From: Macrostomum lignano
Taxonomy: Eukaryota
Reading direction: 5' to 3'
Length of the DNA stretch: 64,000 nucleotides
Assembly (NCBI GenBank): GCA_002269645.1
Contig: NIVC01000322.1
Span: forward strand, 1-64,000
Under the pieces are notes generated by a model that did no database searches, had not been told where the DNA came from, and worked only from the letters and a program-made list of their open reading frames with translations. This document shows, one piece after another, positions 10,445-23,669 of this stretch (the stretch's first letter is position 1; every line of letters starts with the position of its first letter). The position numbers and the translations under genes are program-made.

Positions 10445-13085
10445 TCACTTAATCTCCTCCAGCACCTGCAGCCCCGCCTGCAGCTCTGACTCAATATCAG
10501 CTGCCATCGCGTCCTGCTTGCGGCAGTCCTCTTGCAGGCGTTCGAGCTCGCGATCTCGCCTGGCCAATTCCGTCTCAGCTGCCTCCGCCCGCTCCAGGGC
10601 TTCCGCAAAGCGGGTCTAAGAGGCAGGTTTGGAAATTTGGAAAATTGGCTTTGATTTGAATCTGGCTTTTCTAGGAATCTCACTGACTTTCTGAGAATCT
10701 GTCTTGCTTTCGCAGAAGGCCTGAGACAAATCTGTATTTCTAAGAAACCGTCCAAATTTAATGAGAAAGCTGCCACCCCGCTCCGTTTCTAAAGAGCTTA
10801 AATGCCGATTTTAAAAACCTCCCCCTGATTCATTTCTAAGAATCTGCCTTTCTTAGTTTCTAAGAATTCGTTTCTCTGATACGTTTCTAAGAATCTGTCT
10901 CTCTGATACGTTTCTAAGAATCTGTCTCTCTGATACGTTTCTAAGAATCTGTCTCTCGGATACGTTTCTAAGAATCTGTCTCTCTGATACGTTTCTAAGA
11001 ATCCGTCTCTCTGATACGTTTCTAAGAATCTGTCTCTCTGATACGTTTCTAAAAATCTGTCTCTCTGATACGTTTCTAAGAATCTGTCTCTCTGATACGT
11101 TTCTAAGAATCTGTCTCTCTGATACGTTTCTAAGAATCTGTCTCTCTGATACGTTTCTAAGAATCTGTCTCTCTGATACGTTTCTAAGAATCTGTCTCTC
11201 TGATACGTTTCTAAGAATCTGTCTCTCTGATACGTTTCTAAGAATCTGTCTCTCTGCTACGTTCATAAGAATCTGCATCTTCGATACGTTTCTAAGAATC
11301 CGCCTCCAATCGCTTTCTAGGAATCTGCCGCTCCGTTTCTAAGAAGCTGCCTCTGACTCTTTTCTAAGAATCTATCTACGATTCTTTTTCTAAGAAACTA
11401 CAGCTCCAATTTTCCTAGGATTACTCATCCTTTTTTACCTTTAAAAACTCCCCAAATTATTGGCCCTATCTAATCTCAAACTTCACCTTCAGCTGAGCAG
11501 CAGCTGTGTCCTGCTCATCCTCAGCCTCCGAAGCTTTTGAGCAACGCTGCTCAAACTCCTTGACCTGCTCCTGCTCATCGGCCAGGGTTCTGGTCAGCTC
11601 AGCCAGGGTGGTCTCCGCCGCGTCAGCCTTCGCTTCCACTCTGTCCGCTTCTGCTTCCGTGGCTTTTAATCGTCGAGATTCTTCTTCTAGAAGACGACTA
11701 GACTCGTCCAGGCGATTCTTGGCTTCCTTGAGCTTGATCTCCAGTTCGTCTACCGTTGCTTCCTTGTCGATTGTTGTGGATGGGGGTGGCAACTCGTCGA
11801 TTTATCATTCCTTTAGGAAACTCGCAACCTAAACTAAACTAAAACCTAAACTAAAAGAATTGTCTAAACTCCCGGTAAGAATCACCCTAATCTCCCCTAG
11901 ATAATCGCCTTAATCTCCACTAGATAATTGCCCTAATCTCACCTAGAGAATCGCCCTAATCTCACCTAAAGAATCGCCCTAATCTCACTTATGGAATCGC
12001 CCTAATCTCACCTAGAGAATCGCCCTAATCTCCCTTAGAGAATCGCCCTAATCTCACCTAGAGAATCACCATAATCTCCCTTGGAGAATAACCCTAATGT
12101 CTCTTAGAGAATCGCCCTAATCTCAACTAAAGAAAAATTCTAATCTCTTCTAAAGAATGACCCTAATCTCACCTAGAGAATCGCTCTAATCTCACCTAGA
12201 GAATCGCCATAATCTCTCTTAGAGAATCATCCTAATCTCTCCTAGAGAATCGCCCTAAACTCTCCTAAAGAATCGCACTAATCTCTCCTAAAGAATAGCC
12301 CTAATCTGACCTAGAGAATCACCCTAATCTTCACTAGTGAATCGCCCTAATCTCCCCTAGATAATCGCCCTAATCTCTCCTAGAGAATCGCTCACCTGCT
12401 CATTGCTCGCCTTCTCTCTGGAGTTTCGCTCAGTCTCGGTGAGCTCAGCCTGATCCTGAGTATCAACCAGCTGCTGCTCCGCCTCGGCCAACCGCCTGGA
12501 GGCCGTATCGATCTCTCGCTCCAGCACCGCCACCCGCCTCTCCTGGTCCTCTCGCTCCGCGTCCAGCGCCTCGCGTTTCGATCGTTCCTCCTAATTGTTT
12601 GAGAGATGGCAGGGAGGAGCTTCTATATTAATAGAAGAGAAAGGGAGAGAGAGAGGGAGAGAGAGGGAGAGGGAGAGAGAGAGTTGGTGACGGAGAGAGA
12701 GAAAAAGTTGGTGACGGAGAGAGAGAGAGAGAGTTGGTGACGGAGAGAGAGAGTTGGTGACGGAGAGAGAGAGAGAGAGTTGGTGACGGAGAGAGAGAGT
12801 TGGTGACGGAGAGAGAGAGTTGGTGACGGAGAGAGAGAGAGAGTTGGTGACGGAGAGAGAGATAGAGAGTTGGTGACGGAGAGAGAGAGTTGGTAATGGA
12901 AGCGGGAGAAGAAAGCAATTTGTGAGCTCGTGAACCAAAATATTGAAAAGGAGCAACCTCAAAGTCAGCTCCAGACGAAAGCAGCTCACCTTGAGTTTAG
13001 TTCGAATCTCCTCAATTTCAGCCGTTTTATCCTCGAACTCATTTCGCATCGTCTGTACTCGATTTTTCAAATCCGCCATCGCCAT
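10445..13085 (-). CDS. TPM: Tropomyosin-like coiled-coil protein (short/cytoplasmic type, ~245 aa), 4 exons
   Basis: Exons 13085-12990, 12590-12396, 11762-11487, 10615-10445; all junctions GT-AG, phase 0. Starts MAMADLKNRVQTMRNEFED; continuous heptads; contains DELEIKLKEAK and RFAEALERAEAAE; length matches the ~248-aa tropomyosin class. Acceptor at 11763 is less certain. Confidence 0.8.
10805..11400. repeat. 27-bp intronic minisatellite
   Basis: Unit GATACGTTTCTAAGAATCTGTCTCTCT, ~16 near-perfect copies plus degenerate flanks. Confidence 0.95.
11880..12392. repeat. 23-bp intronic minisatellite abutting a tropomyosin donor site
   Basis: Unit CTAGAGAATCGCCCTAATCTCAC (minus strand GTGAGATTAGGGCGATTCTCTAG). 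Confidence 0.9.
12640..12900. repeat. (GA)n-TTGGTGACG compound repeat
   Basis: GAGAGAGAGTTGGTGACG units with variable GA count. Confidence 0.9.
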
Positions 13086-13710
13086 CTTGAGTGCTTTGTA
13101 ACTTCTTTATTTCTTTCCACAAAGATTATTTGAAGAATGCAGCAGAGGATTCCGAACTTGCCAACCTGGGCTAAGGTTAGTAGAAATAGAAAATTAAAGG
13201 GCTGGGTGGTGTTCTACTGACAATATTAACCTGCGCTCTGTGCGGCTACTATTTGAATTAGAAATGCCAAGATCTGCTTCTCTCTTCCTTTCTTACCTCC
13301 AGCAATTTTTTTCTGTGCTCTTTTCTCTCCGCTCAGTTTAGCTCTGCTGTCCGAAAGCCGGACCAAAACCCACCAGCTACGAGACCCACTCACTCTCTGA
13401 CCCCTGCCTGTAACTGGGTGGGGGGGGGGGCTACGCAGTTCTGTGCGCACATGGCATTAGCTGTAATCGCTGGTCTAAATGTAGCTCTCTGCAATTCAGA
13501 ATATAAGCCCTAATATGCTCACTCGATTACTCACACGCACTCTCTTCTTGATACTGTTTATGCATGCAGTTAATAAAATTCAGACTACAGCTCGAAGTTG
13601 AATCGGGTCAAGTTGTCTGTATCTTTATCAAGGTGAAAAATTAGTTTCATTCACTATCACAATTTACAATTAAAATACAAGACTGAAAGCAAAAAGTTTT
13701 ACAGATCCGA

Positions 13711-14310
13711 CAGTGTCTGTATGGCATTCATTACAGTGTCTGTGTGTTACAGTGTCTGTTACAGTGTCTGTTACAGTGTCTGTTACAGTGTCTGTTACAG
13801 TGTCTGTTACAGTGTCTGTTACAGTGTCTGTTACAGTGTCTGTTACAGTGTCTGTTACAGTGTCTGTTACAGTGTCTGTTACAGTGTCTGTTACAGTGTC
13901 TGTTACAGTGTGTGTTACAGTGTCTGTTACAGTGTCTGTTACAGTGTCTGTTACAGTGTGTGTGTTACAGTGTCTGTTACAGTGTCTGTTACAGTGTCTG
14001 TTACAGTGTGTGTTACAGTGTCTGTTACAGTGTCTGTTACAGTGTGTGTTACAGTGTCTGTTACAGTGTCTGTTACAGTGTCTGTTAGTGTCTGTTACAG
14101 TGTCTGTTACAGTGTCTGTTACAGTGTCTGTTAGTGTCTGTTACAGTGTCTGTTACAGTGTCTGTTACAGTGTCTGTTATAGTGTCTGTTACAGTGTCTG
14201 TTACAGTGTCTGTTACAGTGTCTGTTGCAGTGTCTGTTACAGTGTCTGTTGCAGTGTCTGTTACAGTGTCTGTTACAGTGTCTGTTAGTGTCTGTTACAG
14301 TGTCTGTTAC
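13711..14310. repeat. 12-bp minisatellite
   Basis: (ACAGTGTCTGTT)n, ~48 copies. Confidence 0.97.
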
Positions 14311-14759
14311 GACATGAATGTCGAAGAAAACCAGGAGATATGTTGTCAAATGGCTAAATTTAATAAATGGCCAAAATTTTATAATTTAAAAATCGTCTGT
14401 AGTTTATTCTTTTGATCATTACAGTTTTTTGCCGTCAACAGAATCAAATACTGGGATGCCATATCACAGAAATGTCTACTTGTAGAAACACCTAAACAAA
14501 CGAGCATTAAATTTACAAAAATTATAAAATATTGACTTCATGTCGATTTGTTTGTCAGCAGTAGAACGAGAAGGCAGGTTGGGTTAGTGGATACAATTAA
14601 AACAAAACAACTTTTGAAGAAAGCATAAAAAATCGTGTAAAATATTTTCTTCGATTGAATTTACTAACGTACGAGTATTATCTCCGTGGATATACTACTA
14701 ATAAACACTCTAAATTATATTCTTTCATTTTAATATTTTCAGTATTCTACGAGCGTATT

Positions 14760-16290
14760 TGACCAACTCCTGACTGACCTACCTGACCAACTCCTGACTG
14801 ACCTATCTGACCAACTCCTGACTGACCTCTTTGACCAACTCCTGACTCACCTATCTGACCAACTCCTGACTGACCTCTTTGACCAACTCCTGACTGACCT
14901 ATCTGACCAACTCCTGACTGACCTATCTGACCAACTCCTGACTGACCTATCTGACCAACTCCTGACTGACCTATCTGACCAACTCCTGACTGACCTCTTT
15001 GACCAACTCCTGACTGACCTATCTGACCAACTCCTGACTGACCTCTTTGACCAACTCCTGACTCACCTATCTGACCAACTCCTGACTGACCTCTTTGACC
15101 AACTCCTGACTGACCTATCTGACCAACTCCTGACTGACCTCTTTGACCAACTCCTGACTGACCTCTCTGACCAACTCCTGACTGACCTATCTGACCAACT
15201 TTTGGCTGACCTCTTTGACCAACTCCTGACTGACCTATCTGACCAACTCCTGACTGACCTATCTGACCAACTCCTGACTGACCTCTTTGACCAACTCCTG
15301 ACTGACCTCTTTGACCAACTCCTGACTGACCTCTTTGACCAACTCCTGACTGACCTCTTTGACCAACTCCTGACTGACCTATCTGACCAACTTTTGGCTG
15401 ACCTCTTTGACCAACTCCTGACTGACCTATCTGACCAACTCCTGACTGACCTATCTGACCAACTCCTGACTGACCTATCTGACCAACTCCTGACTGACCT
15501 AACCTGACCAACTCCTGACTGACCTATCTGACCAACTCCTGACTGACCTATCTGACCAACTCCTGACTGACCTCTTTGACCAACTCCTGACTGACCTCTT
15601 TGACCAACTCCTGACTGACCTATCTGACCAACTTTTGGCTGACCTCTTTGACCAACTCCTGACTGACCTATCTGACCAACTCCTGACTGACCTATCTGAC
15701 CAACTCCTGACTGACCTATCTGACCAACTCCTGACTGACCTATCTGACCAACTCCTGACTGACCTAACCTGACCAACTCCTGACTGACCTATCTGACCAA
15801 CTCCTGACTGACCTATCTGACCAACTCCTGACTGACCTATCTGACCAACTCCTGACTGACCTACCTGACCAACTCTTGATTGACCTACCTGACCAACTCC
15901 TGACTGACCTCTCTGACCAACTCCTGACTGACCTACCTGACCAACACGTGACTGACCTCTTTGACCAACTCCTGACTGACCTCTTTGACCAACTCCTGAC
16001 TGACCTCTCTGACCAACTCCTGACTGACCTCTCTGACCAACTCCTGACTGATCTTTCTGACCAAATCTTGACTGACCTCTCTGACCAACTCCTAACTGAC
16101 CTCTTTGACCAACTCCTGACTGACCTATCTGACCAAATCTTGACTGACCCATCTGACCAACTCCTGACTGATCTTTCTGACCAACAACTCCTGACCTATC
16201 CGATAAACTTATGACTTATCTGACGAAATCTTGACTCATCTGACCAACTTCTGACCGACCCCACTAATTCCTGACCAACCTGACCAACTG
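14760..16290. repeat. 24-bp minisatellite
   Basis: (CTGACCAACTCCTGACTGACCTAT)n with CTCTTT variants, ~60 copies. Confidence 0.97.
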
Positions 16291-16469
16291 CAGAACATAT
16301 TTTCTGCAGCTTCGGCATATTTTACGCAAAAAACAATGCACAAAAAATTCTTATTGATATATTCGAGTTGATAAAAAGCATGTACCTTCGGCTACACTGA
16401 GGAGTGTCAATCAAATATAAACCAATAAATGCAACATATCGAGTGGCTCTTCTAGTTATTAATTCTCAG

Positions 16470-18802
16470 TCAGGCAAGCCTGGGCGAGCCCAGCTCACCC
16501 TCCGTGAGCTCCTTGGTCCACTCGTACAGCATCTCAGCCTCAGCTTCATCCCATTCCTCCTCATCTCCATCGTCCTCAAACAGACTCTCGCGTCCTTCTT
16601 CGCCGCGAACTTCGCCCCCGGGTCCATCCCGCCTGAGCCACCTGTCCTCATCATAGTTGTTGTTGTCATGGCGATGATTGTCTATGTTGTCATGGCGATG
16701 GCTGGAGTCGCTGCCGCTGAGAAGGTACAAATCTCGCATCTTGTTGGCGCGGGACACCGCCCTGCTGGACCTGCGGCTGGTGCCGCCCGCCATGCCGCCA
16801 CCTTCGGCTGCGTGCCATTTCTGCTTGCGAGCTGCCATCCGCTGCCGGTCCTCCGCAGTCAGCCTCGGAGCCTCCACCTCAGCCAGGACCCGCAGCTGCT
16901 CCCTGCGAACCTCCTGACTGGACGGCATGGCGGTCAGCAGCGGCAGATGACGTTGAAGTCGCTGCGTCATTCGACGAGTGGCCAAAAAGTCGAAGACGTC
17001 TCGGAAGACTGTGTGCCTCGGTGCCGCCTGACTTGTCAGCTGGCGCCAGGTGTTGGCCTGCGGGGAGGGGGGATCTGACGAATGAATGACACATCTGACC
17101 AACTGATGACACATCTGACCAACTGATGACACATCTGACCAACTGATGACACATCTGACCAACTGATGACACATCTGACCAACTGAAGACACATCTGACC
17201 AACTGAAGACACATCTGACCAACTGAAGACACATCTGACCAACTGATGACACATCTGACCAACTGATGACACATCTGACCAACTGATGACACATCTGACC
17301 AACTGATGACACATCTGACCAACTGATGACACATCTGACCAACTGATGACACATCTGACCAACTGATGACACATCTGACCAACTGAAGACACATCTGACC
17401 AACTGAAGATACATCTGACCAACTGAAGACACATCTGACCAACTGATGACACATCTGACCAACTGATGACACATCTGACCAACTGATGACACATCTGACC
17501 AACTGATGACACATCTGACCAACTTAAGACACATCTGACCAACTGATGACACATCTGACCAACTGATGACACATCTGACCAACTGATGACACATCTGACC
17601 AACTGATGACACATCTGACCAACTGAAGACACATCTGACCAACTGATGACACATCTGACCAACTGATGACATCTGACCAACTGATGACACATCTGACCAA
17701 CTGATGACACATCTGACCAACTGATGACATCTGACCAACTGATGACACATCTGACCAACTGATGACACATCTGACCAACTGATGACACACCAGACCAACT
17801 GAAGACACATCTGACCAACTGAAGACACATCTGACCAACTGATGACACATCTGACCAACTGATGACATCTGACCAACTGAAGACACATCTGACCAACTGA
17901 TGACACACTAGACCAACTGAAGACACATCTGACCAACTGATGACACACCAGACCAACTGAAGACACATCAGACCAACTGAAGACACATCTGAACAACTGA
18001 AGACACATCTGACCAAATTAAAGATACATCTGACGAATTTAAAGACACATCTGACCAGTTTAAGACACATCTGTCCAATTTAGAGACACATCTGACCAAT
18101 TTAAGACACGTTTGACCAATTTAAAGACACATCTGACCAAATTAAATACTCATCTGACCAATTTAAAGACACATCTGACCAATTTAAAGACAGATCTGAC
18201 CAATTTAAAGACACATCTGACCAAATTTGAGACACATCTGACTACAATACTACAATCCGTCTACAATAACCAATCACTCCTTTCACAATGGACTGTCTTA
18301 AGAACGCATTACTCACCTTTCCTCCCATGTCAGCTCCGGTCTCATCCGTGACAGCCAACAGTCTCATGAAGTCCTTCACAGTGACAACGTCAGTCTCATC
18401 AGCCACTCGATGCTGCAGCCTCATCAATTCGTCCTGCAGCATGAGATCATAGTACTTTCTGTTGCCCATCAGCTTGGCAGACTGAGCAGCTGCATCGGTC
18501 TCTGCCCGAATCGTGCCCTTGCCAGTGACGTACTTCACCCGACAGCCGGTGTCCAGGTAGATCTTGTACAATATCCTTGGCGGAAATTCGGTGCCACCGA
18601 ATCTGAATCGAATCTTTAATTGCAACAGGTTCTGATCTTTGCTAAAGAAATCGGCCTCTTTCGGGGCGAGTTTTCTGAGAATCTCGTGAGTCAGGGAGTG
18701 CTCGGCAGCCGCGACGGTGCATTTGAGCAGGCGAAACACCTGCCGGTTTTTGTAGCCAAGCCAGGCTCGCTGGATCCTGCTGGCTGCTTGATTTCGGTTC
18801 AT
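16470..18802 (-). CDS. CXorf58: CXorf58-like protein (N-terminal IQ-like motif), 2 coding exons
   Basis: Exons 18802-18317 and 17057-16470 (AAG|GTGAGT..CCGCAG|GCC, phase 0). Motifs IQRAWLGYKNRQVFRLLK..AAE..LTHEILRKLAP, KIRFRFGGTEFPP, KLMGNRKY, DVVTVKDF and GGKANTWRQL match CXorf58 as I recall it. Confidence 0.88.
17087..18240. repeat. 20-bp intronic minisatellite
   Basis: (ACATCTGACCAACTGATGAC)n filling the CXorf58 intron. Confidence 0.97.
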
Positions 18803-18899
18803 CTCTGTCAGGGAGTTGAGGTGAGCAAATTCAGAGAATTCAATGCATTAAGGAGCAAGGCGATATTAAGTTAGCTTGGGTTCGGTGGAATTTGAATTT

Positions 18900-18914
18900 G
18901 TTGTCACTGGTAAC
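18900..18914. promoter_or_regulatory. Candidate RFX X-box
   Basis: GTTGTC-ACT-GGTAAC about 100 bp upstream of the CXorf58 ATG; fits a relaxed GTNRYC-N(0-3)-RGYAAC consensus. Confidence 0.35.
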
Positions 18915-20125
18915 GGTCTGAGCGGTCTGGCCGACACTGCAGTACACTTGGCAGTCTGTACTCTCCGATTAACTAAGCACTGTACAAGTTTCGGGGGGAC
19001 TGGCAGGTGGAAAGAATGGGGGGGAGAGAGAGAGGGCCAGGCCAGACCTCTAGCTGACGCAGCTGCCAACCCCTCCCCAGTTTCAATGTACATTTCAGCT
19101 TCACTCACGTAGAATTTTAGATTTTCTCTTACTACGCGAGAGAAAACGCTGTAAATGCTACTTAATAAAGCTACGAGTAGAGTAGTTCGCAAGTTCTTTG
19201 TTTCTGTAGATTGCAGGGACAAGCAGATTGTTAGTTACTTAAAAAACTGGTAAGAAAAACTGCGATGCTTAAGAGACTCTTAAGGAAACATCTCAGCAGG
19301 TGATCTGCTTCTCAGGCTCTTAGTTAACCTGAATGTGCAATGCAGTACTGACACTTACTAATGATAGCTGAGCTCATACTGCTCACTATTCACAATTAGA
19401 CATGATGAATATCTTCCCTTGTAGTTGAACTGCTCTGGGGGAGGCACAGGTTCGCGCTCTCCCGCTGAGAGCAAACTATATCAACTCTCTGGATGAGTCT
19501 CTGAAAGATGCAGGGGCAGGGACACAGCAGCCGGCAGTTGCTAGGCAGTGCTCTTGTCTCCCTCCACATCATTTCAACACGATAAATTCTACTGCGTTCT
19601 GTTTCTGCTTTTAAGCAGTTAAGCAACAAAAAAGTTACGGCAAGCCAGTTGCTTACCACCATTTCGGAGGAGGCAAGATACAAAGGCATCTAAGTTTAAA
19701 GGTGAGTCCAGGAATATTCGAGGCACAGATTTTTAAATAATTTAGCAGTAGTGACTGCACATGCGAGCAAAATCAATCAGAATGGAATTTCAAAGAGCTT
19801 CAAGCAGTTTTGTCAGTGGCATCTACAAATTAGGGCCCAAAAGACATGAATAGCACTAAAGGGGACAAAGCGACCCCTCTCTTCATTTGAGGATTGAATT
19901 GTACACAAAAATGGCATCCCGGTGGGTGGTCATGCCATTCACACCCGTGAGGACCAGCCCCAAAGCACATGCCTGACGATTAAAAAGTTACAAGGTCCGT
20001 GGAAGTCAACGGAATGAGCAGAATTGACGCCCCAGCGCTGGTTATGGGATCGTGGAGGATGTTACCGCTATGCAGACTGCCCACAACTCTTTTTCCCCAG
20101 ACCGACAGACCAGACACAGTGAGCC

Positions 20126-20761
20126 ATGGCAGACCGCGAGCCGGAGAGCAACGAGGACACCCTGCCACCAATGCAGACAGTCGGTTCTGTGGGCACCGGG
20201 AAGCCTTCCGCTGCCACGGCGTCGTCAAACTCGCAGCCGCCGGTCACCGGACGTCGCGGAACCATGACGTCCGGAGCTCTCGGACCTCGGCGCTCGATTG
20301 TTGGCGGCCTGCTGGGCCGGACCGCCCTGATGTCGCTGGGCAACCTTGCCAATAGCCGTCGGAGCAAGGCGCAGGAAATCCGCCTGGAAAACACCTACCG
20401 GATGCAGCCCAAACAGGAGGAGCGCCTCCGCGGCTTCCGACTCAAGCCGATTCTGACCGACACCCTGACGGAGGCCCTGGCCAGCTACCAGTACGACCCC
20501 GCAACCGCCGGCCGCAGAGCCTGCGACATCGCCCAGATGATCCGGAACCGAGTGAAGGAGGCCGGCTTTGAGCGGTACAAGTTCGTCGTGTTCGTCCTGC
20601 TGCTGCAGTGCCCGAAGAAGCCGGGCGATGCCGGCGGAGCCTGTCTTGCCAGCAGAGCGCTCTGGTCGCCTGGCGAATGCGCCGACAATTGCATCGAGGC
20701 GGAGGTGGCGGGGCCAACGGCCAGAGGCCACGCTACTCTTCATGCACTCTACTATGAGTAG
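20126..20761 (+). CDS. Tctex1-domain dynein light chain (TCTEX1D/DYNLT4-5 type), single coding exon, 211 aa
   Basis: ENTYRMQP...F...YDP...A..IR.RVKE..FERYKFVV.V...ASRALW..YYE terminal motif. Confidence 0.9.
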   Translation: MADREPESNEDTLPPMQTVGSVGTGKPSAATASSNSQPPVTGRRGTMTSGALGPRRSIVGGLLGRTALMSLGNLANSRRSKAQEIRLENTYRMQPKQEERLRGFRLKPILTDTLTEALASYQYDPATAGRRACDIAQMIRNRVKEAGFERYKFVVFVLLLQCPKKPGDAGGACLASRALWSPGECADNCIEAEVAGPTARGHATLHALYYE

Positions 20762-21067
20762 GATATTAGCGTACTGTTGGAATTTTTAAATTCATTTACA
20801 GAAAGCAAAATTTTATTGATATAATAATTTTTTTGAGGCCGAATAATAATGCTTGCAACTTCAATTTAAAAGTACACATGCCCTCAAAGTTTAATTAGCA
20901 TAACTTTTCTGTGCTTTTTGTTTAAACTATAATTTTCTGTACATGTACACGTGTGCAAAATAAAACACTAATGTCTTAAAATACTTTATTCAAACATTCT
21001 GTTCGCATCTCAACGTAGGGTATTTCAAAGATTCCAAGGCTAAATTGGAAGTTGCTGAGATGCCCCG

Positions 21068-23238
21068 GCTCAATTAGCGCCATTGCTATCCCATTGGCGC
21101 CATCGCTATCCCATTGGCGCCATCGCTATCCCATTGGCGCCATCGCTATCCCATTGGCGCCATTGCTATCCCAGGGGCACCATTGCTATCCCATTGGCGC
21201 CATTGCTATCCCATTGGCGCCATCGCTATCCCATTGGCGCCATTGCTATCCCATTGGCGCCATCGCTATCCCATTGGCGCCATCGCTATCCCATTGGCGC
21301 CATTGCTATCCCATTGGCGCCATCGCTATCCCATTGGCGCCATTGCTATCCCAGGGGCGCCATCGCTATCCAGTTGGCGCCATCGCTATCCCATTGGCGC
21401 CATCGCTAGCGCCATTGCTATCCCATTGGCGCCATCGCTATCCCATTAGCGCCATTGCTATCCCATTGGCGCCATCGCTATCCCATTGGCGCCATCGCTA
21501 TCCCATTGGCGCCATTGCTATCCCAGGGGCACCATTGCTATCCCATTGGCGCCATTGCTATCCCAGGGGCGCCATCGCTATCCAGTTGGCGCCATCGCTA
21601 TCCCATTGGCGCCATCGCTAGCGCCATTGCTATCCCATTGGCGCCATCGCTATCCCATTAGCGCCATTGCTATCCCATTGGCGCCATCGCTATCCCATTG
21701 GCGCCATCGCTATCCCATTGGCGCCATTGCTATCCCAGGGGCACCATTGCTATCCCATTGGCGCCATTGCTATCCCATTGGCGCCATCGCTATCCCATTG
21801 GCGCCATCGCTATCCCAGGGGCGCCATTGCTATCCCATTGGCGCCATCGCTATCCCATTGGCGCCATTGCTATCCCAGGGGCGCCATCGCTATCCAGTTG
21901 GCGCCATCGCTATCCCATTGGCGCCATCGCTAGCGCCATTGCTATCCCATTGGCGCCATCGCTATCCCATTGGCGCCATTGCTATCCCATTGGCGCCATC
22001 GCTATCCCATTGGCGCCATCGCTATCCCATTGGCGCCATTGCTATCCCAGGGGCACCATTGCTATCCCATTGGCGCCATTGCTATCCCATTGGCGCCATC
22101 GCTATCCCATTGGCGCCATCGCTATCCCATTGGCGCCATCGCTATCCCAGGGGCGCCATTGCTATCCCATTGGCGCCATCGCTATCCCATTGGCGCCATC
22201 GCTATCCCATTGGCGCCATTGCTATCCCAGGGGCGCCATTGCTATCCCATTGGCGCCATTGCTATCCCATTGGCGCCATCGCTATCCCATTGGCGCCATT
22301 GCTATCCCATTGGCGCCATCGCTATCCCATTGGCGCCATCGCTATCCCATTGGCGCCATTGCTATCCCATTGGCGCCATCGCTATCCCATTGGCGCCATC
22401 GCTATCCCATTGGCGCCATCGCTATCCCAGGGGCGCCATTGCTATCCCATTGGCGCCATCGCTATCCCATTGGCGCCATCGCTATCCCATTGGCGCCATT
22501 GCTATCCCAGGGGCGCCATTGCTATCCCATTGGCGCCATTGCTATCCCAGGGGCACCATTGCTATCCCATTGGCGCCATTGCTATCCCATTGGCGCCATC
22601 GCTATCCCATTGGCGCCATCGCTATCCCATTGGCGCCATTGCTATCCCATTGGCGCCATCGCTATCCCATTGGCGCCATCGCTATCCCATTGGCGCCATC
22701 GCTATCCCAGGGGCGCCATTGCTATCCCATTGGCGCCATCGCTATCCCATTGGCGCCATCGCTATCCCATTGGCGCCATTGCTATCCCAGGGGCGCCATT
22801 GCTATCCCATTGGCGCCATTGCTATCCCAGGGGCACCATTGCTATCCCATTGGCGCCATTGCTATCCCATTGGCGCCATCGCTATCCCATTGGCGCCATC
22901 GCTATCCCATTAGCGCCATTGCTATCCCATTGGCGCCATCGCTATCCCATTGGCGCCATCGCTATCCCATTGGCGCCATTGCTATCCCATTGGCGCCATT
23001 GCTATCCCATTGGCGCCATCGCTATCCCATTGGCGCCATCGCTATCCCATTGGCGCCATCGCTATCCTATTGGCGCCATCGCTATCCCATTGGCGCCATT
23101 GCTATCCCATTGGCGCCATCGCTATCCCATTGGCGCCATCGCTATCCCATTGGCGCCATCGCTATCCCATTGGCGCCATCGCTATCCCATTGGCGCCATC
23201 GCTATCCCATTGGCGCCATCGGTATCCCAGGGGCGCCA
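21068..23238. repeat. 20-bp minisatellite, ~109 copies
   Basis: (GCTATCCCATTGGCGCCATC/T)n with CAGGGGC variants; all overlapping long ORFs are artefacts. Confidence 0.97.
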
Positions 23239-23669
23239 TAGCACACAGCACATTCGATGATGCGATAGTCCTGGGCTGCAATACACAGGCCCTGCATGCT
23301 GCACAATGACATTGGAAATAGCAAGCGCTAAAAATTTCATTAGCTTGGCTAACTTGCATCGTTTAAACTAATTAATTCATCGTTAAACCTTATTTTCACA
23401 AGGATCCCACGTGGCTGTCGACCTGTGATAAATCTGTGACATCCGCCACCCCACCACGGGCTGCACTGACGCCTTGCACTGCAATGGTCTTATCAATTTT
23501 CTTATCTCAACGAACATAGCGCTTTCTAACGTTCTGCCACTGTGTCATTCCTAATGCGTAAATATACAATGTTCAAACTTTTGTTCTGAAGAACTTTTTC
23601 TAGTTTTCTTAAAGTGAAAGACGAATAACTCTCAGACCGAGGTCGGTAAGGCTCGGCATTGCCAGCGAA

